Shown here piece by piece: positions 1 through 6,300 of a stretch of DNA of 7,924 nt; positions within the stretch are counted from its first letter, which is position 1; each line of letters opens with the position of its first letter. Made by a program: the position numbers and the translations under genes. The notes below the pieces were generated by a model. It ran no database searches. It had not been told where the DNA came from and worked only from the letters and a program-made list of their open reading frames with translations. Source of the DNA: an archaeon (GTDB taxonomy: Archaea > Iainarchaeota > Iainarchaeia > Iainarchaeales > CSSED10-239); NCBI GenBank assembly GCA_037147375.1, contig JBAWVI010000043.1:1-7924 (forward strand), given 5' to 3'.

Positions 1-27
1 CTCATATTTATTCCTTATTAAATATAA

Positions 28-2268
28 TTACCATTGTTTGAATATTGGTGTAAACGGAAATCCAAATGAAGTTCCTTCAATTTTTCCTTCTATATAATAT
101 TGCTGTCCTGTACAATATGGTTTTGATTCTTTATCTAATGATTTATTAAGTATATATTCTGGATTATCATACCAAAATAAATTTTCTGGTTTAATTACAT
201 ATTGATATAATCCTGTCTTCGAATCAAATACTCCATTTATTTTTGCTTTGTTTCTATAAAGTGGGTACCCAGAATAGATTGGATTAACTAAGCCAAGCTT
301 ATTACCAGTTGTACTTGCATAATAATAAATATTAAGATCATTTGCATTAATGTTTCCATCAATTGTAGAGTATATTGAATAGCTTCCAGCTATCTTTGAA
401 GATGGTTCATCTAAATCACAATAATTACAAGTTAAGTTTGTAGGTGCTTCATAATTAAAATCCTGAATTCCATAAAAATTAATACTATTAACAACATCAG
501 AACTCATGTTTAATACATTAAGATTTAGATTATGTGCATAAAAATCATATTGATTAAGACCTTTTGCTCCAATAAAACATCCATTAATATTTATTTTACT
601 ATCTTCTATATTTTCTTTACGTAATAAATGTATTGTAGAAGGAAGAAAACTATTTGGTCTTAAATAATTTACAATAAAATCATTTGATGTTATTGAGTTT
701 TTAGAATTAAAACTATTAATACTTATGCTATCTTCTTTTTTATTATCAAGGTAATCAATAATTATTTTATTAACGTTTCCATCCTTTCCATCAACTGGGT
801 TCTCAAGGCATCCAGTTTTAAAACCTTTATTTCCACTTGTTAAAGTTAGATTCATATCATCTGAATTATTATAAATAAAATTTACATTTAAATCATAAAC
901 ATTTCCACCATTACCTCCAGAACCATCTTTACCAGATGCACAATCAGGAAAATCATCACATCCACACCCATGATTATACTTTGTTCCTCCATTACCACCT
1001 TTTCCAGGAGTTACATTAAAATTAAGGATACCTTTATTATAAATCAAATCTAAATTACTGTAATTAATATCTGGCCAATTTAATAATAGTCCAAAATAAA
1101 CATTTCCACCATCACGTCCACTTCCAGCAGCTGCATAATCTTTTGTAAAATTGTGTCCACCATGATCAAAACCAGTAAGTCCTCCATTCCCCCCATTACC
1201 AGTAATTAGATTAACATTTAAATTTCCATCAACATTGTTTTTTAAATTATTTAATTTATAAAATACATGCCCACCTGTTCCACCCCAACCTCCATCTCCA
1301 ACTGGTGCTTGCTTACAGGAATCCTTGTCACAAGATTCTTGACCAACACCTCCATTCCCTCCAAAACCACTTTTTATTTCTAAATTTAGGTTCCCATTAT
1401 TTTCTAAATAATTTAAGATTAAAGTTGAAGAACCACCACTATTTGGAGTCCCAGCATCTAATACATCATCTTTAGTTCCATTCCCAGTAGGAGAATAACC
1501 ATCAGCAGAATCTCCACCAATTATTGAAAGATTAAAATCATTACTATTATTTACTATACTTTGTCCAACTAAAATTGCAGGATAACCTCTTGTTAAATAC
1601 AAACAATATGAATCATTACTTACACCTTGATAGGTTTTTGCAGACTTTACTTGTATAAAACTATTTGAATCAACTGCAATCTCAATATTATTAAAATTTA
1701 ATTGAACACCATAGTATATTGTCCAATCGTTTTGTGCAACACATTTTGACTTCGTGTCTTCATTTACATCAATAGATAAAGTTCTAGTCAATCTAATTAG
1801 ATTAATATCACTTATATCTAAAATTCCAGGAGATGCATTTGAGGTTGATGTTGAATTAAATGTAATTTTTTTTTCAATTAGGGTTAATGAATCAATTTTA
1901 TTTTCTGGATTTGCATTTTTTATATAAAGTGTATTTCCAATAGTAGAGCTACTTAATTTAAAGTCAATATACACTAAAACATTTACATTAACTTTTTTTA
2001 AACCACATTTGTCATTTGTTTTAAAAACTAAATCTTTATCCTGTAAAAATAATGTATTTGATGTTGTGCTTATTAAATTGAAATCACAATCAATTAAACA
2101 ATCTGACATGAATATCTCTGTATTTGGTATTGGAGTATTATATTCATCTGATGATACACATACATCACATTCTGTAGTTGACATGTTTGAACAACTAGTT
2201 GAAGCAAATATAAATGAACTAAACATTAACATAAAACAGATTATAATTAATTTTTTTATTAAATTCAT
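28..2268 (-). CDS. Secreted Gly/Asn-rich beta-solenoid-like surface protein (746 aa); family not recognised
   Basis: Uninterrupted 746-codon ORF with ATG at 2266-2268 and TAA at 28-30. The N-terminus is a Sec-type signal peptide, MNLIKKLIIICFMLMFSSFIFA|STS. An AGGA motif (RC of tcct, 2280-2283) lies 11 nt upstream of the ATG and directly after the stop of the preceding gene, which suggests co-transcription. There are 18 Cys after the signal peptide. Five degenerate Gly-rich coils span aa 244-505. NLxLxI-type strand motifs recur through the rest of the protein. The product call is a fold-level inference only. Confidence 0.88.
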   Translation of the reverse strand: MNLIKKLIIICFMLMFSSFIFASTSCSNMSTTECDVCVSSDEYNTPIPNTEIFMSDCLIDCDFNLISTTSNTLFLQDKDLVFKTNDKCGLKKVNVNVLVYIDFKLSSSTIGNTLYIKNANPENKIDSLTLIEKKITFNSTSTSNASPGILDISDINLIRLTRTLSIDVNEDTKSKCVAQNDWTIYYGVQLNFNNIEIAVDSNSFIQVKSAKTYQGVSNDSYCLYLTRGYPAILVGQSIVNNSNDFNLSIIGGDSADGYSPTGNGTKDDVLDAGTPNSGGSSTLILNYLENNGNLNLEIKSGFGGNGGVGQESCDKDSCKQAPVGDGGWGGTGGHVFYKLNNLKNNVDGNLNVNLITGNGGNGGLTGFDHGGHNFTKDYAAAGSGRDGGNVYFGLLLNWPDINYSNLDLIYNKGILNFNVTPGKGGNGGTKYNHGCGCDDFPDCASGKDGSGGNGGNVYDLNVNFIYNNSDDMNLTLTSGNKGFKTGCLENPVDGKDGNVNKIIIDYLDNKKEDSISINSFNSKNSITSNDFIVNYLRPNSFLPSTIHLLRKENIEDSKININGCFIGAKGLNQYDFYAHNLNLNVLNMSSDVVNSINFYGIQDFNYEAPTNLTCNYCDLDEPSSKIAGSYSIYSTIDGNINANDLNIYYYASTTGNKLGLVNPIYSGYPLYRNKAKINGVFDSKTGLYQYVIKPENLFWYDNPEYILNKSLDKESKPYCTGQQYYIEGKIEGTSFGFPFTPIFKQW
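754..1539 (-). repeat. Protein-level degenerate repeat array, about 5 coils of roughly 50-65 aa, each with two Gly-rich turns
   Basis: Coil starts are DFNLSIIGG (aa 244), NLNLEIKSGFGGNGG (293), NLNVNLITGNGGNGG (349), ILNFNVTPGKGGNGG (414) and MNLTLTSGNKG (472). Each coil has a second motif: GGSSTLILNYL, GGTGGHVFYKLNNL, GRDGGNVYFGLLLN, GGNGGNVYDLNVNF and GKDGNVNKIIIDYL. The pentapeptide GGNGG occurs four times; one copy was checked against the DNA at 1348-1362 (acctccattccctcc). Confidence 0.7.
2203..2268 (-). other. Signal peptide coding segment of the 746-aa protein (aa 1-22)
   Basis: A KK-containing n-region is followed by the hydrophobic core LIIICFMLMFSSFIF and a small residue at -1 (IFA|S). 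The cleavage site is predicted by eye. Confidence 0.6.
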
Positions 2269-2286
2269 ATTAATTTCATTCCTAAC

Positions 2287-2988
2287 TTACTTAAATAACC
2301 TAAATGGTAATGATATATTTTTATCTTCATTTAAACCAGAACCATATACTAAATTAAAGAAAAACTTATATGCTTCTAAATAATTTTCAGTAATAGCTGG
2401 ATTTAAATATATAGCAAATGAATTTTTATCACTATCACTACTAATAATATTAAATATATCTAAAGAAGAAGATACAATTGTATCATCCCATTTTCTAATT
2501 GAAAGGTTAGTTGTATTTGTGGTTTCATTAAGCTCAACATAAGCTCCACCAACAACCTTAATATTTCCAAATACAACTGGATTAACTAACAGATCTTTAT
2601 CTGTAATTTGATATGGTGCTGAATTATTATATGGAATACATTCACCATTATACTTATATTCATTTAAAGAACAACTACGATAATAAGAAGCATTACAATC
2701 CCCAAAACAGCTACTATATGTTTCTCTTGGAGGAGTACAGATACCATCTCCACAATTCCAACAATCTTCTGGACAACTTGCTAATGTTTCTCCAAATCCA
2801 CAATCTGCATTACCGCATTCCCAAACTCCACAAGGTGGACTACAAACTAGATGACAATTATAAAAGATACCATGTGTTTCTATACATTGATTAACACAAT
2901 CAGTACAAGATTCTGCAGAAATAGTTCTAAAAAATAAGGTAAATATAATTAAAGTTAAGATAGTTATAATTAATTTAAAATATTTCAT
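2287..2988 (-). CDS. Secreted protein (233 aa) with an extremely Cys-rich N-terminal domain and a Cys-free C-terminal domain; family not recognised
   Basis: 233-codon ORF with ATG at 2986-2988 and TAA at 2287-2289. Signal peptide is MKYFKLIITILTLIIFTLFFRTISA|ES. There are 16 Cys between aa 28 and 117, including two tandem 4-Cys modules. No Cys occurs from aa 118 to 233. Only a weak purine-rich motif (GAGAT) precedes the ATG. Confidence 0.85.
   Translation of the reverse strand: MKYFKLIITILTLIIFTLFFRTISAESCTDCVNQCIETHGIFYNCHLVCSPPCGVWECGNADCGFGETLASCPEDCWNCGDGICTPPRETYSSCFGDCNASYYRSCSLNEYKYNGECIPYNNSAPYQITDKDLLVNPVVFGNIKVVGGAYVELNETTNTTNLSIRKWDDTIVSSSLDIFNIISSDSDKNSFAIYLNPAITENYLEAYKFFFNLVYGSGLNEDKNISLPFRLFK
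2914..2988 (-). other. Signal peptide coding segment of the 233-aa protein (aa 1-25)
   Basis: A K-containing n-region is followed by a long hydrophobic core and an ISA|E site, predicted by eye. Confidence 0.6.
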
Positions 2989-3061
2989 ATTATCTCAGTG
3001 TATATGTATATTATATCTATATTATTCGATAATATATAATATCAATATATTTATTAACCTT
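2989..3061 (-). promoter_or_regulatory. AT-rich intergenic region, probable promoter for the 233-aa and 746-aa gene pair
   Basis: This is the only sizeable non-coding gap in the window. It lies between a hairpin and the ATG at 2988. On the minus strand it contains a TATAAT hexamer (RC of 3010-3015) 21 nt upstream of the ATG, plus several TATA-like runs. I found no convincing -35 element at 17-nt spacing, and I cannot tell bacterial from archaeal promoter architecture. Confidence 0.3.
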
Positions 3062-3091
3062 TTGAAATGCAGAAAATAACCTGCATTTCAA
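3062..3091 (-). terminator. Perfect 11-bp stem and 8-nt loop hairpin downstream of the 80-aa gene; terminator-like, without a classic U-tract
   Basis: ttgaaatgcag (3062-3072) is the exact reverse complement of ctgcatttcaa (3081-3091). The loop is aaaataac. The hairpin starts 19 nt after the TAA at 3111-3113. On the minus-strand transcript the loop reads GUUAUUUU and the stem is followed by AAGGUUAAUAAAU, so there is no trailing U-run. Confidence 0.4.
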
Positions 3092-3110
3092 GAAGAATTA
3101 GTTAAGAAAC

Positions 3111-3353
3111 TTATCTTATGCTTGAAGGGCATTCTCTTGCAATACATATGCTTCCTGCTCCACAATCAGCTTGTGAAAAGCAAGATCCATTACATGTTTG
3201 TTTTAATGAATTCCAACAAATACTGTTAGATGTTTGTTTTGGTTTAGCAAAACTATCTGTGTTTGTTGTATTCCAAAACACTTGATATCCAACTAAGATT
3301 CCAAGTATAATTAGTGTGGTTGTAACTAAAAGTAACTTACTGTTTGTTTTCAT
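3111..3353 (-). CDS. Small membrane-anchored or secreted 6-Cys protein (80 aa)
   Basis: ATG at 3351-3353 and TAA at 3111-3113. A strong SD lies 7 nt upstream. The start is 27 nt after the giant ORF stop. Hydrophobic segment LLLVTTTLIILGILVGYQVFW spans aa 7-27. A polar linker follows, then C46-x7-C54-x3-C58-x5-C64-x5-C70-x4-C75. Confidence 0.75.
   Translation of the reverse strand: MKTNSKLLLVTTTLIILGILVGYQVFWNTTNTDSFAKPKQTSNSICWNSLKQTCNGSCFSQADCGAGSICIARECPSSIR
3273..3335 (-). other. N-terminal hydrophobic anchor or signal segment of the 80-aa protein (aa 7-27)
   Basis: LLLVTTTLIILGILVGYQVFW follows MKTNSK. There is no obvious AxA cleavage site, so it may be an uncleaved signal anchor. Confidence 0.55.
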
Positions 3354-3360
3354 CTAATAA

Positions 3361-3367
3361 CTCCCCC
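3361..3367 (-). promoter_or_regulatory. Shine-Dalgarno site (GGGGGAG) for the 80-aa gene
   Basis: The plus-strand ctccccc at 3361-3367 reads GGGGGAG on the minus strand, within AGAGGGGGAGTTATTAGATG. It sits 7 nt from the ATG. This G-run is conspicuous against the AT-rich background. Confidence 0.7.
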
Positions 3368-3380
3368 TCTTCTATTAAGT

Positions 3381-6300
3381 TTATTTCAATCTATCTTCTG
3401 GTCCAATTGTATAATTAACGTTATTATTATATATTGCAACTGGATTCCAAAAGAACTCTGAATATGTTCCATCTGGTGAATTTGTAACACAGATATTATT
3501 GTTTTCTATGTTATCAAATACATCCTTAATTGAATTTAAGTTAATTGCACTATTTCCTGGTAAACCAATTGATGAACTGAAGTTATCTCCAGCAATACTT
3601 AATCTTCCTTCAGTTGATTTTGAATTAAGTGAATAGTTATTACTTGATGGTGTATAGAAAGTTGATCTTAAGTATATATTTCCTTTTGAGTTAACAACAG
3701 GCCATTCAAGCTTATAGCTTGATGTTACTCTTTCATCAGGATCTGCTGCTACATCATAAGTATTATTAAATACTGAGTAGATATAATCTCCTGAATAATC
3801 AGAACCATCTCCAACTCCATTCCACTTAGTTAAGCTAACAGCACCAAACATTGGTTCAGAACTACTACTATCAACTAATTGATAATAGATAGAGAATGGT
3901 TTAAGGCTTTCATTAACTACTTTCATAAGAACTGGTGTTGGTATGCTTGGAGAAAAGATTAATCTAGTTTGATCTCCTGATTCAGAAACAACCTTAAGAA
4001 CTGATCCTCTAGATTCAACTTCTGAGTTAAGCTTAAAGAAATCTTGTTCGTTTTCAACTGTAAGATATTTTACTGGGTTAGAACCTGAATCTCCATTAGT
4101 TCTTAGATCATTATCCTTAATTTTAGTTATTAATACATTATCTCCTAAATAAGATAAGCCATAACCTTGTCTATTGTATCCATTTTCTTCATAACCTACA
4201 AATCCATCGAATGGTAGTCTATAAAATACACTATTGTCTTGTGGACCTTTAAGATATGTTAAGGTAACAAATACATTTACATCAACCTTATCTCCTGCAG
4301 TTACAAACTTCCAATCATTGTTATTAAACATTAAATCTATTCTTACATTATATAATCCAGGAGTTTTAACTTGGACTCCATTATTACTTGAAGAATATCT
4401 TAAATCAAATGTAGTATTATCTTTAAATAATGGAGATAAATAACCACGACTATAAGTTTCTGGTGAAGACATAAATGAATATGACCCAAGTCCTTGGTCA
4501 ATTGATGCTTTTCCTCCATATGCTTTATCAAATGCATCTTGGAAATTAGTATTGTAGTTGTCTGTAATTAAGTATGCATTGAATGATAATGTAGTTTTTA
4601 ATAAATTAATATCCTCTTGTGACCATTCAGATTTAACGTTGTTTGGATATTGTTCTTTATTAAACCACATATCTATGTAATCAGTTCCATTAAATTGAAC
4701 TGTTGTTGCAGGAACTTGACAACCTGTTGCTGCTGCTGGATATAATCCTAAAGTTACATTTGTATTAAATGTAACATATTCTGCAGCTCCACCAGTATAT
4801 GTAATCTTTAATGGTAAAGAATCACCAAGTATTCCTTCTGGATAAGTAAATATAATTTCACTTGTGTTATCATTTCCTATTGGTATATTTATATCTTTAT
4901 TATATGTATGATTTCCTGTTGCTACAACAGTTTCAGAAACAAACTCTCCAGTTGTTAGATCTCTTGTTTCAATTGATGCAACATCTTTATCTCCAAGACT
5001 TATTGAAACTGATCCAGGAATTTCTGCATTTGTTCTATTTTCAATAATAACTTTAATTCTTAATTTATTTACATCAGTTTGTAAATTTACATTTGATATC
5101 CCAATCTTTCCTGCTGGAATTGTATTATTTACGCTTGATGGACTTGCTGATACTTTATATGTTCCTTCAAAAATCTTATCACTTACTTGTTGATAGCTAA
5201 GTGGGCAAGAAATATTTGAACGTTGACTATCCAATAACTTCTGTGTTGAATCAATTCTATTAACAACCATTTGTGATAATTGTACAGCATCACAATATGT
5301 TTCTGTACATTTATTTGTATTACTAAAATCTTGCCAATCCCAATCAAATGAAACATTTGGAACTGCACCTGGACCAGTCTTTCCAATCTTATCAGTGTCT
5401 GTTGAACAAGAATACACATTTAAGTCAACATTTGCAATTTCTTGTGTAGGTGCTTCATGGAATTGGAATCTAAATTTACCATTTGTACCTATTGGTTTTG
5501 CATCTATAAATGCAGGATCAACATTATCAATAGTATCATCAAGTGTTGGATAGAAAATCATTGTCTTGTATATCCCAAGAGTTGATGAATTAGATAATAA
5601 TTCTTTTACAGAATCATTTAATTTAAATTTAAGAGATTTCATACCTGCCTGATCTGGCCAAATTACATTATCATATTTACATATTACATATGTATTATAT
5701 ATTAAATCTAATTTTTGTCTATTCCCTTTTGTACCTGGACACTTTGTTTTAAATAAAAAAGATGATTCTTTATTCTCAACTTCTAAACCACTACAAGTAC
5801 TTTCTCCAGTATTATACATTTGTGTCTGATACGAAGCTCCATTTAAAATAAATAATTCTTGATGAGATTTACCAGTACACTTAGCCATTTCATTACTTAT
5901 TTCTTCTTCTTTTGCTAATTTACCATATGCATACATATGTTGTGAATAATATACAAAATATCTTGAACCTGTTATATCAAAAACATTAATTAACTCATCA
6001 GAAGTTTCTTCAATTTCAGATATATTAATTTCCTTTACTACTTCTAACCCTGGATTTTTATAAACGTCTGAAACATCTAAACTATAACTCGTTAATTCTG
6101 GAGTAAAAGCAGAATATTGACTAGGTAAAATGATAGCAACAACTGCTGCAGCAACAACTGCAACACCAGCTATTATCCACCCCAACACAGGTACGGCTGC
6201 AGCTAATATTGCTCCTCCAAGTAATTCTAGAGTAATTAGAGTAATAAGTGCACCAGCAGCTGCACCAGCAAGTGTACCACCAATCATCATTCCTGCACTA

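Noticed and set aside
1-27. Possible start of a fifth minus-strand gene (AAGGAATAAATATGAG, ATG at 3-5) just after the 746-aa stop
   Set aside because: The SD-like AAGGA with 6-nt spacing is suggestive. However, only five coding nucleotides lie in the window, so the gene cannot be supported here.
754-1539. RTX calcium-binding nonapeptides, a collagen triple helix, or PE_PGRS-like identity for the Gly-rich region
   Set aside because: There is no tandem GGxGxDxUx nonamer register and no continuous G-x-y triplets. The Gly clusters are isolated turns spaced about 25-30 residues apart within long coils. The similarity is compositional only.
2191-2268. Lipoprotein lipobox at ...IFASTSC (C26) of the 746-aa protein
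   Set aside because: The residues before C26 (S-T-S) do not fit the [LVI][ASTVI][GAS]C pattern. Signal peptidase I cleavage after IFA fits better.
2009-2383. Plus-strand 124-aa ORF overlapping the 5' end of the 746-aa gene and the 3' end of the 233-aa gene
   Set aside because: It is antisense to two long, well-supported genes. Its translation is low-complexity with no start context. This is a typical shadow ORF in AT-rich DNA.
2613-2894. Plus-strand 93-aa ORF inside the 233-aa gene
   Set aside because: It is antisense to the Cys-rich coding region. The Tyr/His/Asn-rich translation is the mirror of Cys/Gly codons and carries no independent signal.
3273-3353. Type IV prepilin or archaeal class III signal in the 80-aa protein
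   Set aside because: There is no G|F-x-x-x-E motif and no [KR]-[GAS] cleavage motif before the hydrophobic segment. It looks like a plain signal anchor.
4083-4094. GDSG (aa 1257-1260), resembling the serine-protease GDSGGP motif
   Set aside because: I could not find an upstream His/Asp in a TAAHC or DIAL-like context. The tetrapeptide sits in a polar linker-like stretch and is most likely a chance occurrence.
4815-4826. GDSL tetrapeptide (aa 1013-1016), resembling the GDSL-lipase block I
   Set aside because: It lies in the middle of a CARDB-like beta-sandwich segment rather than near a domain N-terminus. None of the other GDSL/SGNH blocks is evident.
4234-5047. Plus-strand ORFs 4234..4443 and 4862..5047 inside the giant gene
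   Set aside because: They are short antisense shadow ORFs with no RBS, and the region is fully explained by the 1493-codon minus-strand frame.
5183-5419. Minus-strand 78-aa ORF in an alternative frame within the giant gene
   Set aside because: It is out of frame with the giant ORF. Its Gln/Ile/Leu-rich translation looks like noise. There is no RBS and no slippery site to suggest frameshifting.
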